Both the position numbers and the translations under genes were made by a program. 64,000 bases of DNA from Lama glama (Eukaryota), in contig CM052816.1 of the NCBI GenBank assembly GCA_028534125.1, positions 20,152,001-20,216,000 of the forward strand, given 5' to 3'. The notes beneath the pieces were generated by a model. The model was not told the origin of the DNA, did not search any database, and saw only the letters and a list, made by a program, of their open reading frames with translations. Positions within the stretch are counted from its first letter, which is position 1. Every line of letters starts with the position of its first letter. This document shows, piece after piece, positions 34,600-47,690 of this stretch.

Positions 34600-36600
34600 T
34601 ACTTTGTTCACGGACATTTTTGTTGGTAGCTACTTTATCACAATGCTCCTGGTGAGGAAGTCGATGGGCAGCATAATAAAATACTACTTGGTCTATGTAA
34701 CAGGAAAGACTAGATCCAGTGGCCAGAAGCCAGACTTCAGTCTCTGCATTGGAGAGCCGTGCTCTCTCACTCAGTTTCCCAGACTCTGGCCAGTTCACAT
34801 ACCTGAAAACACATGACTTCAGGGGGTTGTTGGCCCTCTTGAGGAAGAAATCTGCAACAGTGCCACAGATACACTCAAGTGTATACTGTAAACATGCTCC
34901 CAAGCCTTCCCCAAGGGGATGTATAGCCATTCACCAGGGTGACTGTAAACTAAGGAAATATACATCCCTTCGGGGAGGAACTTGATACTGAATCTTAATT
35001 TTTGCTAAATCTTGCAGACTCAAAATGCCACTGTAGTTTACCAGTCAAAGAAAAGGTTAATGATGATGAAATGATAAATGGAGTTTTGGACAATCTTCAT
35101 CTCACGTGGGGCCCATGACCCTTCTCTGCGGTCCGTCCCTCGTCTCTAAATGTATAATTGGCATAGATACATTCAGCAATTGACAGAATCGTCATTAGGT
35201 CCCTGACCTGTGGACTGAGAACTAATATGGAATTTCCCCTTTCTACAGGGACATTAAGCCAAAAACAATATTGCATCCTTGGTAGGGGTGGAGGGAGGAT
35301 TTCAGAGATCAGCATCAAAAAGTCTTGAAAGATATAGAGGTAGTGATTTCTATCACATGCCCATTTAACTCATCTATTTGGCTTGTGTGGAAGGTGGGGG
35401 GACTTTGGAAAATTAATATGGATTATCATAAACCTAAATTAATTGGTAATTCTAGTTGCAGCCACTGTTCCAGTTGGGGTATCTTTATTGGAACAAATCA
35501 ACACAGCCCCTGGCACACTGTATGCAAGTTTTTGATCTGACAATATTTTTGATTTTACCCGTGAGGCACGCTGTTGACAGGGCACCTTCCTAATGTTGTC
35601 TCAGGATTGTGTCATCTCTTCTGCTATTTGCCATATTATAGACTGGAGAGATCTTGATCATCTTAACATTCCAAAGGACATCACAGATGCATTACGTTGA
35701 TAACAGCCTGCTGATTGGACCAGATAAGCAAGAAGTAGTTAGTATCTTAGAAGCCTTAGAAAGACACATGCAAGCCAGAGGATGAGAAATTAACTCCAAG
35801 AAAATACTTTGAGATTTTTTGGAGTCTAGTGGTTTGGAGAACATGGGGATATGCCCTCCAAAGTGAAAGAAAAGTTGCTGCATCTTGTAACCCTTGCCTT
35901 TAAAGAGGCACAATGATTCGGGGCCTCTTTGGATCTTGGAAGCAGTATACAACATTTGAGTGTGCTGCTCTGACCTATTTATTAATCTATTGGCTGACAG
36001 TTTTGCAAAGAGCCCAGAGCAAGAGAAGACTGCCAGGGGTCCAGGCAGCATCACAGATGCTCTGAGACGGAGCTTTAGGACCTAGCAAGTGTCTGTGGTA
36101 AATAAAGATGCCTTGTGGAGACTAGTCATCCGGGCATAGACCCTTACAGTTCTGAAGAAAAACCTTTTTTATGCGAAGAACTACCTCCATTTAAGAAACA
36201 GCTCTGGGCTTCCTACTGGGCCTTGGTAGAGTAAATTCCTGACCTCAGTAGACAGGTAACCTGAACTACCCATCATAGCCTGGGTCTTATTTGACCACAG
36301 CCAGAATATACGGATCTGGGAATCCAGAGGGTGAATGTGGGAGAAGCTCCTTTCACTACCATCCCCGATAACCCGCTCGGATGATTTTTCCTTCGTGGCC
36401 CTGTAGCTTTGGGCTTAGCTTGTTTTGAAGTCTTGATTTCAAAGGGAGAAATGCTTTCCCCAGGAAGCCACAACCACACAGTAGAGCTGGAAGTGGAGAC
36501 TGAGACCTGGCTACTTTGGGCTCCTCATGACACTGAGCCAGTGGGCGAAGAAAGAGTTTATCTACTAAACTGGCTGGGATGATCAATCCCAATTACCAAT
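34600..36600 (+). mobile_element. Degenerate ERV-L internal region (gag end, protease, RT, RNase H, dUTPase-like remnants)
   Basis: FPDSGQFTY gag-end motif; RT motif CPFNSSIWLVWK..GLWKINMDYHK; HYVDNSLLIGPDKQEV (decayed YIDD) at 35690-35737; dUTPase-like EVLISKGEMLSPG...PGYFGLLM near 36420-36600. Many stops and frameshifts. Confidence 0.85.
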
Positions 36601-36784
36601 AAATTCACTGTTTTGTTAAGTTAAAGTTGGTGTTCTGTCCTTTGCAACAAAGATATACAATAGGAGCTCAATAGCTACTGAATTACAGGTTAGTTTTTCT
36701 TCTGTATCTAGGCTGCTCCATTATTGGGTCACAGAATAGCATATATAATTTATGTTTTTAGTCTGGGTGGGAGCCTCCTGTCTT

Positions 36785-36971
36785 TTTTTTTTTTACATAG
36801 AAAAAACTTTATTTTTTTTAACATTTTTTATTGATTTATAATCATTTTACAATGTTGTGTCAAATTCCAGTGTTCAGCACAATTTTTCAGTCAGTCAAGG
36901 ACATATACACACTCTTTGTCACATTTTTTTCTCTGTGATTTATCATAACATTTTGTGTATATTTCCCTGTG
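36785..36971 (-). mobile_element. Young, very short L1 3' end
   Basis: Perfect 16-bp TSD gggagcctcctgtctt at 36769-36784 and 36972-36987. Confidence 0.9.
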
Positions 36972-38137
36972 GGGAGCCTCCTGTCTTGATGATACCTGGA
37001 GATGCAGTCCACTCCAGGGGTGATGAGAGGGCAACCTGGACAGAGCAGCAGAGAACAGAGCCAAACCTTTGGTTGTCATTTTAAACATGAAAAAAAAAGA
37101 AAAGAGCAATTCACCAATATCATTTTGTGTTTAATTCCTTCCCCCAGTCTCTCCCCAGGACCTCTGGAAGCTTCTTGCAGTACAAAGTTAGAAACTGCTT
37201 CTTTATTTCACACCTTTGACAAGGGATAGCTTAAGGTCTGAGTCAGAGCTCTGCATGAAGCTGCTTCCCTCTACCCGTCGCCTCACTTCTCCTTGTTACA
37301 ATGTCCAGTTTAATGGGTCGGTTGCCTATTTAATGGGTTGGAAATGAGGTCCCAGGTGTCTACGTCAGGGCTTTGAGACTTATCTGGTGGTACAAGTTTC
37401 ACTCAAAATGAATGCACTGCGTGGTGAGGGGGATAAACATACTCGTTAGGCGAGCTAACCGATGTCCTCATTGTCACCTAACAGCATGCATTAGGTGTGT
37501 GCTTAGAATAATGTCTTTTCTACCAGCCAAATGGGAAGCTGCTCTAATGCATTTCCCTGAATTTGGCCTGCCACTATTGTAAATTACCTTGCTTAATGGA
37601 CTCTGGGATTCTGTTATCTATTTGGAAATTTCTGAGCTCCTGGACAACCAAATCAAGTGCCTTAGTCCCCAGGAAGGGAAGGCAGGCTTAGAAGATTTAC
37701 AGCTCTATGAACAATTGATGTCTGTTGTGTTTTGCAAACAACTTCCCTGTGGAATAAGTGCTTATGATGAGGCTGTGGGCACTTTTTTTTTTGATACGTT
37801 GCCCTGAAATAATGACAACCAGGGCCCCTAAATCCCCTCCGAAAATCAACATGCCAGGAAGGTACTTGGCAATTACTTTACCCCACCCTCACCCCAGCTG
37901 CATGTGGGCACCCTGCCCAGGCCCTCGGCAACTTTCCGAGCAGCTAAAATAGTCATAATCACTACCACCACCAGCGGAGCTCACAGCTGTAGAGTCCTTT
38001 ACAGCTGATAGAAGGGTTCAGGGCCTTGTCTCACCTGTTGAGACATGGAAACTGAGGCCCAGAGAGTGAGGGCCAGAAGCAGAGTGGAGCCCGGGCCTCC
38101 TGACCTGCCTTTATCATCTTTGTTGTTCCCTACCTCC

Positions 38138-38500
38138 GGGATGGTTGATTTTTTGTGTTGACTTGACTGGGCGATGGTGCCCAGTTGTTGAGTTGAACAT
38201 CATTCTGGGTGTTTCTGTGAGGGTGTTTTTGGATAAGACGAACCTTGAATCAGTAGACTGAGTAAATTGCCCTCCCCAGGGGACAGGCCTCCTCTAATTC
38301 TTTCCTGAGCTGACTAGAACAAAAGGCTGACTTTCTCCTAAGTAAGAGTCATCCTGCCTGATGGCCTTTGAACTGGGACATCATATTTTGGACTTGCCAG
38401 CCTCCATAATCACGTGAGCCAGTCCCTTGTAGTCAGTCTCTCTCTCTGTCATATATGTATACCTCCTGTTGGTTCTTCTTCTCTGGAGAATTCTAATACA
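38138..38500 (+). mobile_element. MLT2 (ERV-L) LTR
   Basis: gatggttgattttttgtgttgacttgactggg start; ttggttcttcttctctggagaattctaataca end. Confidence 0.82.
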
Positions 38501-41500
38501 ACCATGTGGTGACATGACTGGCCCTGACAGCTGGTCCCTAAGCAGAGGTACAGGCCTAAGCTGGGGGCTACAAAAAAGCTAAAATTGGTTCTGAAAGTAA
38601 AGATTAAAAAAAATTCTTAAAATTTATTTTTAATTGTGATAAAATACACATAACATAAAATTTACCATCGTGACCATTTTAAAGTGTACACTTCAGCAGT
38701 GTGAATATATTCACATTGTTGTGTGAAGTTTTGATTAAAATTGGGCCAGGGAGGACTTTTTAATACCTGAAGATAAGATCATTCCTTCCAGTGAGAAGTG
38801 ACCCGGAAAGTTATGGGATTTGCCCGAGATGGTTCCAAGCAACAGGAAAGGAGATCCAGTGGAGTGTGTTTGGAGGCAGGGATGAGAGGAAAAAAGAAAA
38901 ACAGAGCTCCAGGTTGTTTGCCTCTGTGGAGCAGAAGCCTTTCTTTAAACCAGGAACAGAGCCAGCGGCAGGGCTGTGATAACATCAAGGTGAACTTCAG
39001 GGGCTGTGGACACAAAGGAGGCTTGGAGGCATCTGAGCTGAACACTGACGGGTGGGAGGATTTGAACAATTGAAGATGGGAGGGGGATGAGGGGCGTGAG
39101 GCAGAGAGCATTGTGGGTGAAGGCCAGGGCCGGCATGCACACCTGCCCCCTGCAGCCAGGGCGGCGGTGGTGTGTTGTTGGGCTGGGTCCACTGTGATGA
39201 CTGTTCATGTTCCCACCAGCCTCTGCAGCCCCGAGCCCAGGCCCTAAGTACTGGAGCAGCACCATGCCCACCCCCACAACTCCCCTTGAGCTTCAGATCC
39301 ATGCCTGAGAAGCAGCATTTTATAAATAGCCATGTTGACAAAATCTTAAATATAGCACCCCTGGGAGCTTAATTACCCAGTGGTAGAGCTGAAAGTAAGT
39401 GTCTTCTGGGATGTGACTAGTGGAGCTGGCGGTGCAGGGAGGAGCAGAGGGCTTGAAGTGCGGCAGGCAGTCCCAGCTGCAGGTACCCCTGGACCTCTCC
39501 ACACTCTGATCATTAACACCAGGACTGGCCTGAAGGAGTTGGGTAGGACCCCCTGGGAACAGCCTTTGGCTGCACAGAGAAAACCATCCTCCAGCCCCCT
39601 CTAGTGGTCCTACACAGTACCACCATTCCTCATCTGATCAAAGAGACACCTCTGGGTCCTCTGTCCTGAGTGCATTCTTCTTGGTGACTGTGAGATAGTA
39701 GAGGCCACAGCTGGGGCAGTTTGGGGAGGGGCCGGTTTCCAGGGTCAGGCCTGGGACCCTGCTCGGAGGATTCTACCTGAGCTGTTCAGCTCCAGGAAGT
39801 GGACCATATTCTGGGGTTGGGATGTCTGGCTCCAGCCTACTCTTACCACCACCCCGCCCCTGCCCCACCAACTGTGCTTTCCACAATGTGGACCACTTTT
39901 GGGACCTCACAAGCACCAAGCCCTGGCTCCACACAGCACTCCCCTCCTTGCCCGGAGCACCTGCCTCTTCTTGTTCCTCTAACCAGCCCCTCTCACCCAC
40001 CCTTCACATCTCAGCCTAAATTCTGCAGGTGAGCTTTCCCTGACCACTGCACCCTGACCCTGGCCGAGGGCAGCCCCTTGGTGCACACTCGTAAGGCTCT
40101 GTATTTTTCCTGGGTACCTCGGATTCTAATAGTTATTGTGCCCTCATTGGTGTCACTGTCGACTGACTGTCTCCCACCTTTGGGAGGAATGTCTCTATGA
40201 GGACAGGGCAGAGTCTGGCTTGTTTCTCCCTGTATCCCTAGCCCTTTTTACAGGGCTTCACATGCAGTGGGGTGTGCAGACTATGCAGTGAATGAAAGAA
40301 GGCATATCTAGCAGAGCCCACCCTTCTCTATGGCCAGAGGCATCCATATTTCAACAGCTGAGATCTCCCTCCACCTCCTTGGAAACATCTAGTCACCTCA
40401 GCAGCTTAGTCTAGCTGAAGGTGATGGAAGGGCCAGCTGAGACCTCTCTGAGGCCGGGATGTACTGAGGACATATTGCTGGGAGCTCTGGGCTGAGGCCT
40501 TTGGGCAGCAGGAGTGTGATGGCAGCAGGGACGATGGATGCACATTGGTTCACAGTTGGTGCGATCGTGTCAGCCCCCGAGGGGTCCAGAGGGTGCAGGG
40601 AGACCATTCCTATATCTACAAGGCAGGCTGTGGAGGGGCGAGGCCTTCTGGGGAGGGTACTTGCATGATGGAGGCTGTCCAAGCTTCAGGGGGGGATGCT
40701 CAAGGCTCCGAGTTGTATCAGGAGACAGACATGAGGCCACAGGGAAGATGCCGCAATTGGCTTCAGTTCTCACATGATGAGTCCAGGCTTCGCTGTCCAC
40801 ACTGGCAGTGTGATGACACACGGTCATTTAGATCCTCCTCCAGAGAGCTGGAAGTCTGGCAGCCCTGGGCAAGCCCCAGCCCAGCAAGTCCCAGGGCCAA
40901 GGCAGAGGTCTGGTTAGCCGGGAGCAGTTGTTCCAGCCAGGGCCACAGGTCTCCACAGCTTACAGGGCTCAGAGGTCTGAGAGGAGGAGGATCAGGCAGA
41001 AGCAGGGAGGGGAGGAGAGGGATGGGAAGGTAGAGGAGAAGGAAGGGGGTGGGAGATGCCCTGACCTCAAGGTCACTGGGGCAGGCCTGCTCAGGCACAT
41101 GCGTGGCCACAGCACAACCCCTGGGGGTGCAGGGCCTGCCCTGGTGCCAGGGCAGGGGGCCTTCTGGCCTAAGCCTCACGGTCACAACCACTTCTTCACA
41201 TTTAAACTTCAGGAATTATTCCAAGTGAGATTTTAATGTTAAAAGCAGTAACTTGTTAAATGTAAGCATTTAAAACATGCCACAGGTTTACAGCTCTATC
41301 TTGGCAAACCTTGGTTTTTAATCTCTCTGAGGCCTAGAAGAATGAAAGTGGTCCAGACTTTTTGGCCACCGGCAGCCTGGCCAAGAGGGCCTTTCTCAGG
41401 GACAGAGCCCCAGGCTGCGGGAGTGTGCAGGTCTCCCCTTGCTGGCTGTGCCCAGGCCACAGGCCTCCATACTCCCTACCCTGAGAGAACGTGAGAATGT

Positions 41501-44409
41501 TTTCATCGCCACTTATTCACCCTAGGGTGATTGAGGATGCCAAACACCCAGTACCCCACGTTGGACAGATGAGAGTGACAGCAATTTATGGGTCAAATAT
41601 ACGCCCAGCCTGGGGAAGGAGGACACAGCACCCCCGGCAGGGCCACACGGGGGTTGTATGTGGGAACAGAGCGGACAACCAGGGTTTGTGAGGGTCAGGG
41701 CTGGTAGCATCAGGAGGGTGAGGTGGCCTCTGTTCCCTTGGGAGGATGTGGCTGGCTTGTGTGAGTGAGTGGTTCAGTGACTAGCTGGGAGCGGAGCCCC
41801 GCTCCTCAGGGATAAGCAGGAAGTGACTGAGAGGGCTGTTGTCTGGGGGACCTTATCTGTGGGGGCAGAGTGGGGAGGGGCGCTGCAGGTAGGCCGTTAA
41901 AGGCCCTCCTGTTTTCATCAGGTGCTGGGCAGCACATAACATTAGGCTTCAATTTCGGGCCACAGAGTTCCTGCTGAAAGTGCGGGGAGTGACACAGGCG
42001 GAGGCTGAGCAGATGGTCACGTGTGCAGGGTGCTCAGTGAGAGCCTGGGAGGGGCCTGGGAGGGGGCCCGGGAGACAGATGAAAGTTCTCCTCTGGCTGG
42101 CACGTGGCTGTGGGTGTTTCTTGAGCCTGCCCCTGCTGTGTTTAGACTAAGTCAAACTTACTCCCCCTGGAGGAACAGCCCCATTTTTCTGACCTGATGG
42201 GGAGCACATATGTGGGTGTCCTTGGGCCAGGAGTCCCAGGGCCAGGAGCCCAGCCACCTGGGGGCAGACTGACCCCGGTAGGGGCAGGCTCAGGCTCCTG
42301 GGAGGTGGAAAGCCCCACAGAGTGTCCTTTGATCTCCCACCCCCAAACTCTGGATCCAGGCTCAGGTGGGCCTTGGGGAGCCAGGGGCAAGATGGAGAGA
42401 CGTGGCTCAGGGTCACACACTCCAGATCTCCATGGCTCTGCCCTCTGCTCAGGACCTTTGTCTCCACCTTCTCACTCTGATGTGTCGGCTCCTCCCAGCT
42501 GCACTGCACCGCAGCAGCCTCTGCAGCCCTCCCCACCGGGGGCTTGCTGCTCTGCCGCCCCCTGCGCCAGGCCCCAAGACTTCCCCCGAGCCTTCCTGGA
42601 GCTCCTGCTGGGATTCCACCTGCCCTCCCATGGACCTTTTCCAGTGTCACACACCGGAGCCTCTGTCCTCAAAGGCCCTCATCCTTACCACACCTTCCCG
42701 AGTTGTGTGTAAAACACAGGACGCAGGGACAGTTCATTTGGTTATGGATGTGTTTTGCGCTCACTGAAACATTTGGGGCCCTTTACCTCAGCCTGGGAAG
42801 GGGCTGGTGGTTTGGTTTGTAGGTCTCACAACAGTAGCGACAATGCCCCAGGCCCAGGCATTCCCTAAGGGTGGGCAGGGCCTCATGGAGGATGGTGTAG
42901 GTGGTGGGCCTGGCAAAGGTCCACCCTTGATGTCACATCATGGGTGACCAAGGAAGGCATTAGAGTCTTCCTGAATATTCTGCTCTGTGCATGACCCCCA
43001 AGAATATTGTACGACTCTAGGGAGGGAAAGAGGCCTCCTTAAATCCTGACAGATTTATTTCTCATCAACCTTGGTCAGCGGCATGCTCGTGGAACACTGC
43101 AAGCTCATTTTATTCTAAGTGATCTGTCTTAGAAAATTTGGAAATTATGGCAAAGTACAAAGACAACCAATTTCACCCAGGGGTAAGCATGACTGCTGTC
43201 TTGGCGTGTTTCCCTGCAGTCACCTTATGTGTATTTAGACTCATGTATGTCCAGTTTATAGGACAAGGATTCACCGTGGAGAGGGTTTTACTTCGGCCTT
43301 TGGTTTAACAGCTGCACGATATTCCACTCTGTAGATCTGCAATCATGTAACACTTTCCCTATTTTAGGTAATTTGGGTTGTTTCCAGTTTTTGGCTGTTA
43401 TTGGTAATGTTGCAGTAAATATCCTTGCGCATCAAACCATTTGTGTGTCTCTGATAAAGAGATTTGTCAAGTATCATCATGTAAAGACTCTGCTCTGGAG
43501 TAGAGGGGGGGTCTCTTGACCTAGAGGTCCAAAGCTAGAGGCAAATGCCCATTTTCAGAGCTCTCTTCCACTTAGTGAGGGTGGTTAAAGCTAAACTTCC
43601 CTTTACCTGTGTGATCTTGTTCAAACCTTCCCCACCACCTTCTAAGGTGGACGCTGTTCCTGCCTCAACTCAGATGAGGGAACTGAGCACAGACAGCCAA
43701 TTAATCGCCCAAGGCCACAGAGTCAGTAAGTGGCAGTGCTGGATTTAAAGACAAAACAAAGAAAAGCAAACAGCCCAGGCAGTGCAGAGAGGGGCTCCAG
43801 CTTGAATGTGGACCCCATGTGTCTAGCAGTGGCTCCCGCACCCCCGCCCCTTCCCCGCTGCTCTTTACTTTCTCACTTGTGTTTCACACACCCCAGCTTT
43901 CTGGTGGGTGTTCAGACTCCCCCAACTCAGGACTGTTGAGCCTGACATTTCCTCCACATTCGTTCAGCTCAGAGCTGCTGTCCACCTCCACCTCCCGTAT
44001 CCAAGCAGTGAGAAGGAGACTTGAAAATGGCAGTGGGGCAGGGATGTCACAGTCTCCAGTGGGGGCCCCCAAAGTGACTTGTTGTTGGGCTCTGAGCCCC
44101 TGGAAACACTCCCCTTGGAAAAAGGGTCACTGTGGTCAGCAGATCTTTGTGAGCCCAAGGCCCTTTCTGAGCTACCTTGGAAGAGAGGACACCCATGGTG
44201 CCTCCGCAGATGCCTGGAGGACCGAGGCCCAAACCTCGGGCACTTGCAAGTCCTCAGTCACCACCACACACACACTCTGGGCTCTCCCCAGTCCCAGGAT
44301 CCTGCAGAGTTGCTGGGCCACCTGTCCAGAATGTTCTTCCTGCCCAGGCCTGAGGTACCAACGAAGAAACAGAGTGAGACCGTAATGTGAGAGTGTGTGC
44401 GTGGGGGGT

Positions 44410-44845
44410 GTTGTAGGTTGAACTGTGCACCCCAACCCTAACCCCTAAAGTGGTGTGGACGGCCTGACCTCTGGTACTCCAGAATGTGATGTTATTTGTA
44501 AACAATTTGCAGATGTAATTACTTCAGATGAAGTCATACTGGATTATGGCAGATCCTAAATCCAGATGGGTATCCGTGTGAAGACACTCAGGGGAGATGT
44601 CCATGTGATACAGAGACAGAGGGTGGAGTGACACATCCACGAACCAAGGAAGGCCCAGGAGTGCTGGCGCCACCAGAGTGAGGGAGAAGCAAGGAAGGCT
44701 TGTCCCCAGGAGACTTCAGAGGGAGCTCGGCCTGCGGCACCTTGACTTTGGACGTCTAGTGTCCAGAGCAGCGAGAGAATGAATTTCTGTTGTTTTAAGC
44801 CACCCAGTGTGTGGTCACTGGTTACAGCAGCCCTGGGAACTTCCC
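44410..44845 (+). mobile_element. MaLR MLT1 LTR
   Basis: tgttgtaggttgaactgtg...gaatgtgatgttatttgtaaac...aatttctgttgttttaagccacccagtgtgtgg...acagcagccctgggaact. Confidence 0.82.
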
Positions 44846-45749
44846 CTAGGGATGAACTGGGGTGCTGGGCCCACGTGAGGCATTCCCATTCCTGGCACCC
44901 ACTGGGGTACAGGGAAAGAGCCGAGTCCCACGGTAGCAGCTGCCCTCCTAAGCTGGTGGAGCGGACTGTGGTTAATTATTTGCTTCTCCTGAAGAGCGCA
45001 GCTCTGGGCCTGATTACGTTACCCTTCTCCTTGCAGATTTATCTCAAACTTGTTTGATGCTTCTCCAAAGAGCTCCATCTGTTTCCCGCACCGTTTCTGA
45101 CAGGTGGCTAACAGGGCTCTCAGAAGCCCCCTGAACACCAGGAAGCATCTTCCGTAGAATTGACTTGGCTCTTCTGTTCTATTTCTGCCTCCCTGTCGTG
45201 TATTTACCACAACCACAGACATTTGTATGAAAATGGAATCCGTGTTTGGAGGGGCTCATCTGCTCAGGCTGCCCGTGAGGAGGCACCGGGGGGCAGTCTG
45301 CCCGGCCCGGCACCCACCCACGCGGCTCCAAGGCTCCTCATGGGAGTCTTCCCCAGTTTCAGAGAGAGGGAAACGCCAAATGGTTGGGATTTGTGTTCTG
45401 AATGGGCCTCCCTGGGCTACAGAAGCATCTGCTTCAATGCTGTGCTGTCTCTGAGCATCTACCCAGACCTGTGCTGGGCCTTGTGGGCTGTGGGCCCCAT
45501 CATTGAGTGCTTGGCCAGAGACTGGGGCCAGCCTACTGGGCTGGGAAGGGCCGGTGGGGAGCCCCGGGCCGGTGACTGTAGACAGGCCAACAGGGTTAGA
45601 GATGGGCCACGGAGTCAGGGCCTGGGTGAGAGCCAGCACAGGCCCCGGCCTGACTCAATGAACTCTGAATGCACCTCTTGCCTTGCACGTGAGCTTGGAC
45701 TTTAGTATTTACAAAGCACCTGCACCTCCAATTGGTGTCTTCAGGTTGG

Positions 45750-46298
45750 GTGTTAGGGACTGAATGTTTATGCCTCCCCCAAATTCACATGCTGAAGCCC
45801 TACCGCACACTGTGATAGTATTTGAAAGTGGGGATTTTGGGAGGTAATTTAAGTTTAGACTGAAGTCATAAGGGTGGGGATCTCATGATAAGATTAATGT
45901 CTTTTTTAATAGATTTAAAAAATAAGTTTATTTTATTTATTTTTCAAAGCTCTATTTTTTTGGAGAGAATGGGGAGGTAATTAGGTTTAATTAATTAATT
46001 AAAAAATTTAAATGGGGGTACTAGGGATTGAACCTAGGACTTCTTGTGTGCTAAGCACTCACTCTACCTCTTGAGCTATACCCTCCCCCCAAGACTAGTA
46101 TCTTGACGTCAGAGCTTCCTCTCGCCTCCTGAGGACACAGTGAGAAGGAGGCTGTCTATAAGCTGGGAAGAGAGCCCTCACTAGAGTGCAGCCCTGCTCA
46201 CTCTGATCTCAGACTTCAGCCTTGAGAACTGTGAGAAATGTGTTGTTTAAGCCACTCAATCTATGGTGTTCTGTTATAGCAGCCCAAGCTGCCAGGAC
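45750..46298 (+). mobile_element. MaLR MLT1A-like LTR split by a SINE
   Basis: gactgaatgtttatgcctcccccaaattcacatgctgaagccct start; tgtttaagccactcaatctatggtgttctgttatagcagccca end. Confidence 0.8.
45904..46090 (-). mobile_element. tRNA-Ala-derived camelid SINE nested in the MLT1 LTR
   Basis: Reverse SINE head ending ttgagctataccctcccccc. Imperfect TSD aagattaatgtctt (45890) / aagactagtatctt (46091). Confidence 0.88.
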
Positions 46299-46614
46299 AA
46301 TGGGAAATCACAGCTTGCAGAAGGGAGAAGTTTATCTGCTCCTGGTCACACAATCCTGGTCTTGTAGCTCAAAATTCCAAAATTCCTTTCCCAGCACCAG
46401 TGGGTTAGGGTCAGGGAATTCCAAGGAAGGCCGGGCTAGGAGAGGCCCTGGGAGGGTGGGGTCAGGGGCAGCTCGTCCTGAAGATGGGGGCCACTGTGCC
46501 CTGTGGTTCAAAGCAGGCCCTGCCCTGGGGAACATCCCCTCCTGCACTCTCAGTGTATATGTTTTGAAGGGCCTGCCTCTACCTCTCCCATCTGCAGTAG
46601 GAACTCCTGACCAA

Positions 46615-47690
46615 GTCAGCAAATGCCTACTGAGCACTTACTACATAGCAGGCACAGTTTAGGTGCTAGGGATACAGCCATGAATGAAAGAGGCAAATGT
46701 GCCTGCCCTGTGAGGTTGACATTCTAGTGGAGAAAGACAGACAAGAAACAAAATAAATAAGCAATAAGCACCAACTATATTAGAAGATTATAAGTGGTTG
46801 GGAGAAAAATAAGGGTGAGCAGAGCGATGGGATATGTGTTGGGTGGGAATTGAAGTGGGCTGACAGGCTGGGCCAGTGACATATGAGTGAAGACTTGAAG
46901 GAGCTGAGAGAAAGCCAGCAGAGGGCTGGTGGAGAGTAGCCCACACGGGGACACAGAAAGGACCACGTCTCTGAGGCAAGACCATGCCGATGGGTTTGAA
47001 GAACAGCCAGGAGCCTACTATGGTTAGAGGGAAGGGAGGGACGACCTGGAGGTGGGGCAGAGGTAAAACTTTGGTTTTCTTGGGGGGAGATGGGAAGGCC
47101 CTGAAGGGTTCTGAGCAAAGACATGCTGGCGCCTCACACATGTTTTGACAGGAACACTCTGTGCTGAGAGTGGATGGCAGGGGCAGGGGTGGAAGCAGGG
47201 AGGGCTGTTGGGAGGTTGGCGCAGTACAATCCAGGTGAGAGATGGCAGTGGGTGCCTGGACCAGGGAGGAGGTGGTGGAAGGAGCCAGATTTTGAAACAT
47301 TTGGATGTGGAGAGAGAGAGATTGAGAGGAGAGAGAGGAAGCTCTTAGTGTTCTTTCAGCATAAACAAACAGAAGGATGGATTTCCACTAACTGAGAGGT
47401 GGATGATGTAGGAAAAACAGGCTTACAGTGAAAAGACAGGCTTTCCATCCTGGAAATGTAAGGTTTGTGATGTCCATTAGAAATCCTAGTAAGCTGTCAA
47501 GTGACCGTGGAGCTTGGGGGTGAGTTTGGGTTGGAGATATCAAGTTGGGAATGTCAGCAGATGGAGGGCATTTAAAGTCTTGAGCCTGGATGATATCACA
47601 AGTAGAGGATTGTTGGCAGTAAAGGGAAGATACCTGAAGCTTGTGTCCCGAGATGGCCAATGTTAAACAGTGCGAGAGAAGAGGAGGAAC
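46615..47690 (-). mobile_element. L2 (L2a-like) 3' portion
   Basis: cagcaaatgcctactgagcacttactac...gtgctagggatacagc...gacattctagtgg and continuing purine-rich L2 body. Confidence 0.8.

Noticed and set aside
40398..45705. Many 130-190 aa ORFs (e.g. 40545, 42197, 43819, 45160)
   Set aside because: GC-rich isochore with overlapping ORFs on both strands, many with non-ATG starts, no domain resemblance and no consistent splice structure.
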